A stretch of 64,000 bases of DNA, taken from the NCBI GenBank assembly GCA_963667665.2, contig OY763927.2:256001-320000 (forward strand). The letters are read 5' to 3'. Below, in pieces: positions 17,983-28,700 of the stretch. This DNA comes from Nitrosopumilus sp. Lineage in GTDB: Archaea; Thermoproteota; Nitrososphaeria; Nitrososphaerales; Nitrosopumilaceae. Each line of letters begins with the position of its first letter. Positions within the stretch are counted from its first letter, which is position 1. The translations under genes were made by a program, and so were the position numbers. The notes under the pieces are model-generated. The model saw only the letters and a list, made by a program, of their open reading frames with translations. It made no database searches and was not told the DNA's origin.

Positions 17983-18438
17983 ACTGGAAAGTCTTTTCCA
18001 TGTACACTTGGATTTGCTGCAACATATGGTGGTGATGGTGGATTCATTACTGCTGGACATTGCTTTGCATCATTATCTGTAGGTGCAGACGCTAAGCATC
18101 CAGAATCTGGTTCAAAGATAGGTGATTTAGTAGAAGAGCTTTATGGTCCTAACACATACATCTATTGTGACTGTGCATTTGTAGAATCTGATGCTGGTGA
18201 TATTCCAAACGGAGAAACATATGGTATGGCTGACGCATCTAGTGTTGGTAGTACAGTTTGGAATAAAGCAGTAAAATCTTCACAATCCCAAGATGGTATT
18301 GAAACTGGTAATGTAGATGCAACTTATGTGCATCTTTCAACTGGTGACGGTAGATATTGGATCGGAGTTGTAAGAACTGACATGCCTGGTCAGACTGGTG
18401 AATATGTATTCCGTGAATTTGTTGGAGGCCAAGACTAG
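17983..18438 (+). pseudogene. Fragment of a trypsin-like (S1, alpha-lytic type) serine protease
   Basis: The frame of ORF 18226-18438 extends upstream to 17983: CTLGFAATYGGDGGFITAGHC...CDCAFV...MPGQTG|E. There is no start, and the GDSG catalytic serine motif is missing. Confidence 0.8.
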
Positions 18439-18472
18439 AGCATGATAATAAAAATATCTGCAATTTTGTTTA

Positions 18473-18566
18473 GGTGAATCTCCATGAGTTGAACCTACAT
18501 TATATTTTATTTTGAAAATGGTTACTAATGATAACCATTTTTAGATATTTCATATCTATTTCAACA
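18473..18566 (-). mobile_element. Downstream end of the intact transposase element (copy A) with hairpins
   Basis: GGTGAATC...; AAAATGGTTA-N7-TAACCATTTT and TAGATAT-TTC-ATATCTA inverted repeats; homologous to copies B, C and D. Confidence 0.8.
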
Positions 18567-19790
18567 AGACTCTAAATTCATTTTACCATCTTCGTCAGTA
18601 TTGACTGGAATTTTGATTTCATTACCAAAAAACTCAGTTATTGAGTACTGTTTAGGCGTGATTTTCCTTTGAGCGTTTTGAATCAATGTCTTCCATTTAT
18701 CCTCCCCTAGGATTCGAATCCCTGCAACTTCGGCAGGAGTTTTACCTCCAAGACTAGTATGTGGTCTAAAATAGTTATGATACAACTGATATCCTGAAAT
18801 CACGACTGAATCCTTCTTTTTTACGCCTCGTGTTGTCTTTTCTTTGTCTCGAAATTCACCGTTTAATCTCTCCATCATGTTGTTGTTGTGATTTCCATCC
18901 AATCGTATAGTGTTGATGTGGATTGGTAATTCATTTCCATACACTCGAAATTCTTTTCTAAATGCTCTGTCATATACTGGAGAACCATCAGTGATGAATA
19001 CTGAAGGTGTACTCTGTGTGATTTCTTTTGCATTTGATAGTAACTTTCTTGCATCATGATGAAATTTTGTATCTGCAAGTTCTTTTGATATCCAGAATCT
19101 TGTCTTGTCATCCATTGACATGAACAAATATCTTTGACGCCCTTTTATTTTTAGAAAAATCTCATCTGCTCTCCAAATTGTTCCAACTTGCGGAACAATT
19201 GTTGCATTGAGGTGTGCTTGTATCATTTGTGTATAGTACGTAACCCATCGTGATACTGAATGGTGTGTAATATCAAGACCTATTAGATTCAAAGATTTTG
19301 CAACTCCCCTAAAGGATAATCCTGAAAAATAAAGATGCATTGCATATGTGATCACTTGAGGTTTGTACTTTCTGTTTTTGAATCCGACATTGTCACAATA
19401 TTTTCTATGACATTCCATACAATCATATTTTTGCTCCTTTCTTCTCTTATTGTATCTCCATCCATACTTTCGAAATTTATCAGAACCACAATACGGACAA
19501 CTGGTCTTGTCTATTTCTGGAATTATCCATGTTGGTTGTTTCATTTCTACGTGTTTGATCAGTCCTCTAAACTCTAATGCGTAGATGTGCTTGCATTTTT
19601 TCTGTTTGTATGAATAATCGTTACAGGTACATCCCCATTCTGATTTTGAAAGATGTACGATATAACCATCATTTGAATTAGTCTGAGACTTTACAAGAAA
19701 TTTTGTTTTGTTGATTCTTTTGATTTGATCTAGTATCCTTTCTGCAATCTTCTGCCCTTTCTGTTTTCTAGCCTCATTATATACTACCAT
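18561..19790 (-). CDS. DDE transposase, IS6/IS240-like, with N-terminal SWIM Zn finger and Zn ribbon/HTH
   Basis: SWIM WGCTCND...KCKHIYA; CPYCGS...YDCMEC; LSFRGVA HTH; WRADEIF, FITDG and NNMMERLN catalytic motifs; YHNYFRPHTSLGGKTPAE. Confidence 0.9.
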   Translation of the reverse strand: MVVYNEARKQKGQKIAERILDQIKRINKTKFLVKSQTNSNDGYIVHLSKSEWGCTCNDYSYKQKKCKHIYALEFRGLIKHVEMKQPTWIIPEIDKTSCPYCGSDKFRKYGWRYNKRRKEQKYDCMECHRKYCDNVGFKNRKYKPQVITYAMHLYFSGLSFRGVAKSLNLIGLDITHHSVSRWVTYYTQMIQAHLNATIVPQVGTIWRADEIFLKIKGRQRYLFMSMDDKTRFWISKELADTKFHHDARKLLSNAKEITQSTPSVFITDGSPVYDRAFRKEFRVYGNELPIHINTIRLDGNHNNNMMERLNGEFRDKEKTTRGVKKKDSVVISGYQLYHNYFRPHTSLGGKTPAEVAGIRILGEDKWKTLIQNAQRKITPKQYSITEFFGNEIKIPVNTDEDGKMNLESC

Positions 19791-19857
19791 AATTGGATTA
19801 TTGCATAATTGCTATTTAACCACAATTATATTTATATGGTATTACCTGTTAGTAATC

Positions 19858-20022
19858 ATGATGGAGTCCAAAAAAACCCCTGCTCGAGTGACTACTTCCC
19901 TTAAACTTGATCGCGAGACCTGGAAAAAAGCCAAGATTGCTGCAATTAACAAGGATGTGGAATTATCAACGCTAATTGATTATGCCATTAACTCTTATCT
20001 TAAAAAGGAACAGGGTAAATGA
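19858..20022 (+). CDS. Ribbon-helix-helix (CopG-like) DNA-binding protein
   Basis: VTTSLKLDRETWKKAKIAAINKDVELSTLIDYAINSYL has a beta-helix-helix pattern; divergent from the transposase. Confidence 0.65.
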   Translation: MMESKKTPARVTTSLKLDRETWKKAKIAAINKDVELSTLIDYAINSYLKKEQGK

Positions 20023-20618
20023 GTCAGGCATATGTTGTTAAACGATATAATACAAAACAAATTCTAACTGACAGTTTAAGATTCTGCACAAGACTCTCGA
20101 TTATTTTTACAACTCTTTTCTCATTGTTCATAAGCGCTGCTGTACTGAATGCTGGTACTTTTGTTGTTCCCTTTGACATTTGGGCTCTTTATGTATATGT
20201 CAGTTCAGTTTTCTTGTCTGGAATATGGGTTGTTTTGTTCCCTTCATCAATATTTTTGGCATTATACAATAAATTTGGATTACAAGAAATGGGTATGCAT
20301 TTATCTTGTTATGTAATGGCTCCTTTCTCTCTTTTGAAAAATGAAAAAGATAGACTTGTGAAAGAACGTTCTCTTAAAAATGATTGTGATTTAACTCCTG
20401 AAGAAATTGAACATGATGTAGATGTTGCTCAAATCGTTGCAAAAATAACCAAACTTCTTGTCACTGAATCTCTTCGTTCTACAAAAGCAATTGATGAAAG
20501 TGATGCAGTATTTTCTTCTGAAATACATGACGTTGAATCAAGAGTCAATGATAAAATCAATACTACTGACAAACGAGTTGACGCTTTAGAGGATAAACTA
20601 AATGGTAATGACAAATAA
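20019..20618 (+). CDS. Hypothetical membrane protein (2 TM segments plus C-terminal coiled coil)
   Basis: Two hydrophobic segments; ATGA overlap with the preceding gene. Confidence 0.65.
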   Translation: MSQAYVVKRYNTKQILTDSLRFCTRLSIIFTTLFSLFISAAVLNAGTFVVPFDIWALYVYVSSVFLSGIWVVLFPSSIFLALYNKFGLQEMGMHLSCYVMAPFSLLKNEKDRLVKERSLKNDCDLTPEEIEHDVDVAQIVAKITKLLVTESLRSTKAIDESDAVFSSEIHDVESRVNDKINTTDKRVDALEDKLNGNDK

Positions 20619-21159
20619 TTTTACCAGTGATATCGATTTACTAAAAAATGCTCTTGTGCTTGCACATGATAATCATGCTTTGCGGGAAAAATCTTTACGA
20701 TTAAATTCCATCACCAAACAAATTTTCTATCATTTGGAAACCCAGCATCTCATACATGACAAATCTTTTCCAAAAAATAACATAATTAAAAAAATGATGC
20801 AAAATATTGATTCCCTTGATGATCAGATATGCTCTCTTGTCATTCACACAATTGATGAGGATATGATAAAACAGGTTAAACCTGGAGTTGCCAGGATGGA
20901 ATTTGCATTATTTGTACATCGTGAAACTGCAAAATTATACAATATGAATAAAGACCTTTTTGATCTATTGGTTGGAGCCGCATATTGGTTTTTACACTAT
21001 TCAAGGCAATACCGAATTCCATTACCTGAGGCTGATGAATTATCAGAATTAATCAAAAATGAAGGATTTTTTGTTAATGGATATCAATCGAAAAGCGACA
21101 CGGAGAAAAATCACACTACAAAGAGACAGAATGTAAATGTTCAAAACTTAACCAGTTAA
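20602..21159 (+). CDS. Hypothetical protein
   Basis: 185-aa ORF overlapping the previous gene; operon-like arrangement. Confidence 0.6.
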   Translation: MVMTNNFTSDIDLLKNALVLAHDNHALREKSLRLNSITKQIFYHLETQHLIHDKSFPKNNIIKKMMQNIDSLDDQICSLVIHTIDEDMIKQVKPGVARMEFALFVHRETAKLYNMNKDLFDLLVGAAYWFLHYSRQYRIPLPEADELSELIKNEGFFVNGYQSKSDTEKNHTTKRQNVNVQNLTS

Positions 21160-21160
21160 C

Positions 21161-22351
21161 ATGTCAAACCAGAAAAACGAACAAGGTTTCCGGGACATCG
21201 TTACGAAAGAAGAATTCAAGGTCTTGTATGACGCGTTGGAAATGTAAATATACCATTTTCAACAAAGTATAACGCCCTGTACGATCTTGAGGATGCCGCT
21301 CTGGTTTTGTTACACATGTGCAAGACAGGATCGACTGCCAACAAGGCCGTGGCAGATCTGTCAGTCATGCTCAAAGATGACAAAAACATCTGCATCCCGA
21401 CAGCTCAGTGGCTCTTAGGGATGATAAGTGCAATAGGTTCAGACAAGATGGACACCCTGTGCAGGCACATGTTAAATAATACGGTCAAGAACGGATTAGG
21501 TCTTGAGAAGAAGACAGGTCACATACTGGCCATAGACAAACACCTGATCCCGTTTACAGGTACAGACAGACACAATGACAGCCTTGTAGTCAGTGGCAAG
21601 CCCAAGGGCGGAACATCCAGGTTTGAGACGTACGCCACAATGCAGGCAGTCACAGAAGAACGGCTGCCTACAATAGCGGTCGTACACGTTACAGAGTATG
21701 TGACCAAGGTCGAATTCGTGCGTAAATTACTCTCAGAGGCGGTCAAACAGGGGTTCAAAAAGCCAGTGCTTTTCATGGATAGGGAGTTTGCCAATGTGGG
21801 GATGATGCGTTTTCTGAACGAGCGCGGTGAGAGATTCCTGATGGCAGTAAGCAAGACGCCTGGAATCAAGAAATCGGTCTTGGAGTTTTGCAATGGCAAA
21901 AGAAAGGCAATATCAAAATATTAGATGAGATCCAATGACGGAACAACATTCAGGGTTTGGCCGGTGATAAAAAAAGCGTCTCAAGGAAAAGAAGAGTAAG
22001 AGAAGATGGGAATATATGATGTATGCCACAAATGTGGAACGCTGGTACATAAAACGCACCATGAAAGATGTTCCTGAAGAATACAAAAAGCGCTGGCGCA
22101 TAGAGAACAACTTCAAACCAGTTGAGCAGATGCGTGCCCGCACCGGCAGCCGAAATCATTCGATCAGAGTCTTTATGTCATTTCTCTCTATGACTGTGTG
22201 CAACCTGTGGTATACGGCAGTACGAAAAATAAACAAGGTGTTAAAGATCAAGTTTGGGCGGCATGTCAAAAAAAATATGACAGCTAATGTATTCCTGATG
22301 TTGCTCATTGTATTGGCCGAGAGAATCGTGAAATCGGCAGCAGGGAATTAG
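21161..22351 (+). pseudogene. ISH3/IS4-like DDE transposase pseudogene
   Basis: LAIDKHLIPFTG, PKGGTSRFETYAT, FMDREF and YKKRWRIENNFK motifs. Broken by a frameshift near 21245, a TAG at 21922-21924 and a frameshift in the A-tract near 21970. Confidence 0.85.
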
Positions 22352-22541
22352 AATGTTATTTGCAGTGTGTGCGATAGGGGTACATTTTGAACTTCTGATA
22401 TCTGCAATACCCTGCAGTCTGCAATGTACATTCTTTTTTTACTTGGATGATATGCCCCTACCGTGTTTCTTTAAAGGCCGTGAAAAGCGACCAATTTGCG
22501 TGATTTCTAAAAAAAAAACAAGCCAAGTGTTTTGTCCAACA

Positions 22542-22724
22542 TCATACACACAAAGTGTACGAAACATTTTGTCCGGTACTAGGCGTCGAGCTGTTCGTAA
22601 GCGTTATGGAAAGCGTGGAGTTGTGCGTCCAAGAGTACGTCAGAGTGTCCGCGGCATCGCCGTCCGTGACGGTTGCATCAAGGTTTACGGTGGAGCCCTC
22701 CCCTACGGTCTGGTCGCCTCCGGC
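22542..22724 (-). pseudogene. In-frame continuation of the giant protein beyond its premature stop (truncated Ig/PKD repeat)
   Basis: After QPAV*, the frame reads AGGDQTVGEGSTVNLDATVTDGDAADTLTYSWTHNST...; sister repeats read PPVVQAGGDQTV. Confidence 0.85.
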
Positions 22725-25700
22725 CTATACCGCTGGCTGGCCGTTTGCGCTGTCATGTACCGTTATCTCCAGTATTCTCCAGTTGTTGCCGTTCTCAAAT
22801 ACGTCGTTGCCGGATGCCGTCACCTTGACTGTGTAGGAATCTGCATTCGGGGCGCTCTTGAACGCAAGGGTGGAGCCTGTCATCTCAAACAGGTCCGAGT
22901 CGCCGCCGGATCCAATCCCGTAGGTCAGGTTGTGGTTCCCGAGGTACAGGTTCTGTGCCGATACGGTCGTGACAATAAGCGAGTCGCCGCCTGCATCAAA
23001 GTCGGTGCCGGCAGGTACGATGTACCATGTCCCCAAATTCTGGTTGAAGGCGACGGCGTCATAGAACATGTTCCTCATGTATGTGACAGACGAGACGTCC
23101 CAGTCGTCGAGGGACTGGTTGAAGGTGTATGCGCTGTGGAACATACCGTCCATGTCGGTGACAGACGAGACGTCCCAGCCGTCGAGGAGCTGGTTGAAGG
23201 TGACAGCCTCATAGAACATGCTGCCCATGTCGGTGACAGACGAGACGTCCCAGCCTGAGAGGTTGCCGTTGAAGACGTGGGCGCTGGAGAACATACCGTT
23301 CATGGTGGTAACAGACGAGACGTCCCAGCCTGAGAGGTCATCGTTGAAGGCGTGGGCGCCAAAGAACATATATCTCATGGTGATGACAGACGAGACGTCC
23401 CAGCCTGAGAGGTCGCCGTTGAAGGCGTAGGCAGTATAGAACATGCTGCTCATGTCAGTGACAGACGAGACGTCCCAGCCGGAGAGGTCGCCGTTGATGG
23501 CTGTGGCACCGGCGAACATGCGGTTCATGTTAGTGACTCCAGACAGGTTCGGCGCGTCGGTTGCGCGGTACACCATGTTGACCGCCCCGTAAAACGATTC
23601 GTACATGGAGATCCATTTCGTGTCGCCCCACTGCTCAATCGACCTGAGCTGGCGCGCGTTTGCGTTATCGCTGTACAGGTGGATGCGCCCAAGGCCGTCA
23701 CCCAGTACGGTGACGGTGTAGGTTCCGACAGCACCGTACGTATGCGACTGGGAGCCGCCGACATTTGCACTGTAGGTGCCATCACCCCACAGGATGGAGT
23801 ATGCGCCCTTTATTGGGAGGGTTATGCTCCTGTCAGAGTTGCTGGCAGTCCAGGTGGTGATAAAGGCGGTGCCTGTCTCCTTCACGGTGACGTTCAGCGT
23901 GTCTGTGGCAGAATATGTGCCGTCATCTGCGGTAAGTACAAAGGTAAATGTGGTGTCGCCTGTGACCTGGGGCGCCGTAAAGGTGGTAGAAGACGCAGAA
24001 GCGTTGGCAAATGTGATGAGAGGGGCGGCGGCAGGACCTGTCTGCGACCATGTGTACGTTATGGAATCACCGTTGGGATCCGTGGCAGAGCCTGAGAGCC
24101 TGACGGTGTCGCCCTCCCCGACTGTCTGGTCGCCTCCGGCCTGCACCACAGGCGGGCCGCGCACCGTTATCTCCAGCATCCTCCAGTTGTTGCCGTTCTC
24201 AAATACGTTGCTACCGAATGCCGTCACGTTGGCCGTGTAGAAACCCGCATCTTGGGCGCTCCTGAACGCAAGGGTGGAACCTCTCATCTCAAACAGGTCC
24301 GAGTCGCCGCCGGATCCCATCCCGTATGTCGGGTTTTGGCCACTCAGATACGGGTTCTGTGCCGATATGGTCGTGACATCAGGCGAGGTGCCGGCAGGCA
24401 CAATGTACCATGTTCCCAGATTCTGATTGAAGGCGGTGGTGCCATTGAACATGCTACTCATGTCGGTAACAGACGAGACGTTCCAGCCGGAGATATCGCC
24501 GTTGAAGGCACTGGCGCCATTGAACATGCGGCTCATGTCAGTGACTCCTGACAGGTCCGGCGCGTCGGTTGCGCGGTACACCATGTTGACTGCCCCGTCA
24601 AATGCCTCCTCCATGACGGTCCATTTCGTGTCGCCCCACTGCTCAATCGACCTGAGTTGGAGTGCGTTTACAGTATCGTTGCGAAGGTTGACGCTCTCAA
24701 GGCCATCACCCAGTACGGTGACGGTGTAGGTTCCGGCAGCACCGTACGTGTGCGACTGGGAGCCGCTGACATCAGGGCTGTGGGAGCCGTCACCCCACAG
24801 GATGGAGTACGTGCCCATCATTGGGAGGGTTATGCTCCTGTCATAGTTGCTGGCAGTCCAGGTGGTGATAAAGGCGGTGCTCGTCTCCTTCACGGTGATG
24901 CTCAGCGTGTCTGTGGCAGACTGTGTGCCGTCATCTGCGGTAAGTACAAGGGTAAATATAGTGTCGCCTGTGACCGGGGGTGCCGTAAAGGTGGTAGAAG
25001 GCGCAGAAGCGTTGACAAGGCTGATGTCCAGTGTAGAGTCGTGGCTCCACGAGTAGGTGAGATGGTCGCCGTCAGTGTCGGTGGCGTTGCCGTTAAGGCG
25101 GATTTTGGAACCTTCTGGGACGACCTGGGCCGGCCCGGCCTCGACTGACGGCGGGTTGTTAGTCTGCGGAACCACGTCCTCGCCCACGGTTATCTCCACT
25201 ATCCTAGAGTTGCCTACGCCGAAGGAACCGGTTGACTTGATGGTCACGTTGTATTGTCCCTGCGCCACGGTCTGGTCGGCCCTTAAGGCCAGATGGGTCC
25301 CGTTCGCTATCAGGAACTTGTCGCCGTTGGTTGCGGCCCCGTCTATCGTGTATATCGGGTTCTGGTCGTTCAGAATCCAGTTCTGTGCCGCTATTCCTAT
25401 AGAGTCAGTTGAACTGGGCATGGTATCACCATCCAATACGACATACCACGCGCCCAGATTCTGGTTGAAGGATGTGGCTCTGTAGAACATATCGCTCATG
25501 TCAGTCACTCTCGAGACGTCCCAAGAGGAGATGTCGCCGTTGAAAGAGGTGGCGCCACTGAACATGCCGGCCATACGGGTGACTGACGAGACGTCCCAGC
25601 CGGAGATGTTGCCGTTGAAGGAGGAGGCGCTAAGGAACATGTAGATCATCTTGGTCACCTTCGAGACATCCCAAGTCGAGAGATCGCCGTTGAAGGAGGT

Positions 25701-28700
25701 GGCTCTGTAGAACATGGCGGTCATGTCAGTCACTTCCGAGACATCCCAAGCGGAGAGGTTGCCGTTGAAGGAGTGGGCTCTGTCGAACATGGCGCTCATG
25801 TCAGTCACCCCCGAGACGTTCCAGGCAGAGAGGTTGCCGTTGAATCTGCCGGCTTCGTGGAACATGGCGCTCATGTCAGTCACCCCCGAGACGTTCCAGG
25901 CAGATAGGTCGCCGTTGAAGGAGTTGGCGCCGTGGAACATGGCGCTCATGTCAGTCACTTCCGAGACGACCCAGGCAGAGAGGTCGCCGTTGAAGGAGGC
26001 GGCATCGTGGAACATGGCGCTCATGTCAGTCACTTCCGAGACATCCCAGGCAGAGAGGTTGCCGTTGAAGCTGCGGGTTTCGAAGAACATGCTGTCCATG
26101 TCAGTCACTCCAGAGACGTTCCAAGAGGAGAGGTCGCCGTTGAAGGAGGTGGCGCCGTGGAACACGTTGTCCATGTCCGTCACCCTCGAGACGTCCCAAG
26201 CAGAGAGGTTGCCGTTGAAGGAGGTGGTGTCGCGGAACATGCCGCTCATGTCAGTCACACCTGAGACGTTCCAAGAGGAGAGGTCGCCGTCAAAAGATAT
26301 GGCGTTGAAGAACATGTATGTCATGTCGGTGACTCCTGACAGGTCCGGCACGTCAGTTGCGCGGTACACCATGTTTGCAGCCCTGCCAAACGCCCCGTCC
26401 ATAGTGGTCCATTTCGTGTCGCCCCACTGTTCAATCGACCTGAGCTGGCGCGCGTTTGCAGAATCGTCGTACAGGCGGATGTACTCAAGGCCCTCACCCA
26501 GTACTATGACAGTGTAGGTTCCGGCAGCACCGTACGTGTGCGACTGGGAGCCGCCGACATCTGCGCTGTAGGTATCATCACCCCACAGAATGGAGTACGT
26601 GCCCTCCATCGGGAGGGTTATGCTTCTGTCAGAGTCGCTGGCAGTCCAGGTGGTGATAAAGGCGGTGCCCGTCTCCTTCACGGTGACGTTCAGCGTGTCT
26701 GTGGCAGACTGTGTGCCGTCATCTGCGGTAAGTACAAGGGTAAATACAGTGTCGCCTGTGACAGAGGGTGCCGTAAAGGTGGTAGAAGGCGCAGAAGCGT
26801 TGGCAAATGTGATGAGAGGGGTAGTAGGATCAGTCTGCGACCATGTGTACGTTATGGGATCATCGTCGGGATCCATGGCAGAGCCTGAGAGCCTGACGGT
26901 GTCGCTCTCCCCGACGGTCTGGTCATCCCCTGTCTGTACCGCAGGCGGGCCGATGGCCAGCGTGTTAGTGACGGTTTCGGTGACAGTGATGATGACATCG
27001 CCACTCCAGTCCCCGGCGGTGCCGGAGTAGCTGGCTCGCACCTTCACATTGTATGTTTCACCAGCCTCCAAGCCGGTGATGGTGTGGGCGAGATCAGTCG
27101 GGAAGGCGTTGCCGGTAGAGTCGGTCCAGGTAAGGTATGGATCGCCCACCTTGGCCCAGGATATGCGGTAGTTGGCAGGCGCCTCGCTGGGGGCAACCCA
27201 GCTTGCATCTATCGTCCCGGGGGTGGTGCTGGTCAGGATGATCCTGCCTATGTCGCGGGAGCCGAGCGGCTGTTGGGGTGTCTGTTGCGTGACCATGGAC
27301 TCGGCCGAGGGCACGCCGTCGCCTATGGAATTGGTTGCAAAGACTCGCACAGCATATGTCGTGCCGTTGGTTAATCCGGTAATCGTGTGGCTTGTTCCAG
27401 TCGTGGCAGCCTCAGACACGTCAGACGGCACCGTCCAGTCGCCGGAGGCTGCCTTCCACTGGACCGTGTATCCGGTTATGGACGAGCCGCCATCGAAGGC
27501 TGGTGCTTGCCAAGAGACATCCAGGGTGCTGCTGCTGCCCGGCGAGACGCCGATGTTGACGGGGGTACCGGGAACAGCAATCGTGTTGGTGGCAGTCTCG
27601 GCGATTGTGATGGTGACATCGCCACTCCAGTCCCCGGCGGTGCCGGAGTAGCTGGCTCGCACCTTCACATTGTATGTTTCACCAGCCTCCAAGCCGGTGA
27701 TGGTGTGGGCGAGATCAGTCGGGAAGGCGTTGCCGGTAGAGTCGGTCCAGGTAAGGTATGGATCGCCCACCTTGGCCCAGGATATGCGGTAGTTGGCAGG
27801 CGCCTCGCTGGGGATCTCCCATGTAGCATGGATGATTCCAGAGGTGACGCTGCTCAGGGTGATCCTGATTATGTCGCGGGGGCCGTGCGGGTCTGACATG
27901 TTCCACACGACAGTGTTTTTCTGGAATTGGTCTGCGATGGGATCTTGTGAGTCATCGGCGGGGATGTCCAGAATAGAAATAACGACGGCATCAGAACCGG
28001 TGGCGTTATGCTTGTCAGTAACAGTCATCGTGAAAGTGATGGTGGCATTGGATGTCACCTGAGGCACTGTAAACGACACGGACACGGACGAGGGGTTGTC
28101 CAAGGTGATCTCCAAATCAGAGTCGTGGCTCCACAAGTATGTCAGGGCATCACCGTCTGCATCGGAGGCGGTGCCGCTCAGGGTTAGGATGTCACCCTCG
28201 TTGACTGTCTGGTCCTGTCCGGCATCCACTGTAGGTGGGTTGTTGGTAGGTACGTCCTGAATAGTGATGGTTACCTGATCGGTGACATCTGTGTTGGTGC
28301 CATCAGAGACGCTCAGCACAAAGGTGACGGTAACATCCGAGTCGACTGCCGGCGCAGTAAAGGTGGTCAACTGCGAGGTGGCATTCGATACGGTGATGGG
28401 CAGGACAGAGTCGTGGCTCCACAAGTATGTCAGATGGTCGCCCTCAGGGTCTGAGGCAGTACCGCTCAGTGTGACGGCATCACCCTCGTCGACTACCTGG
28501 TCCTGTCCGGCATCCACTGTAGGTGGGTTGTTGGTAGGTACGTCCTGAATAGTGATGGTTACCTGATCGGTGACATCTGTGTTGGTGCCATCAGAGACGC
28601 TCAGCACAAAGGTGACGGTAACATCCGAGTCGACTGCCGGCGCAGTAAAGGTGGTCAACTGCGAGGTGGCATTCGATACGGTGATGGGCAGGACAGAGTC

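Noticed and set aside
17355-18802. Template/variable-repeat (DGR-like) pair in the transposase 3' end
   Set aside because: Differences are few and not adenine-specific, and no reverse transcriptase is present in the window.
22725-22727. Pyrrolysine/amber read-through
   Set aside because: No pyl genes were seen and the downstream repeat is truncated anyway; a CAG-to-TAG mutation is simpler.
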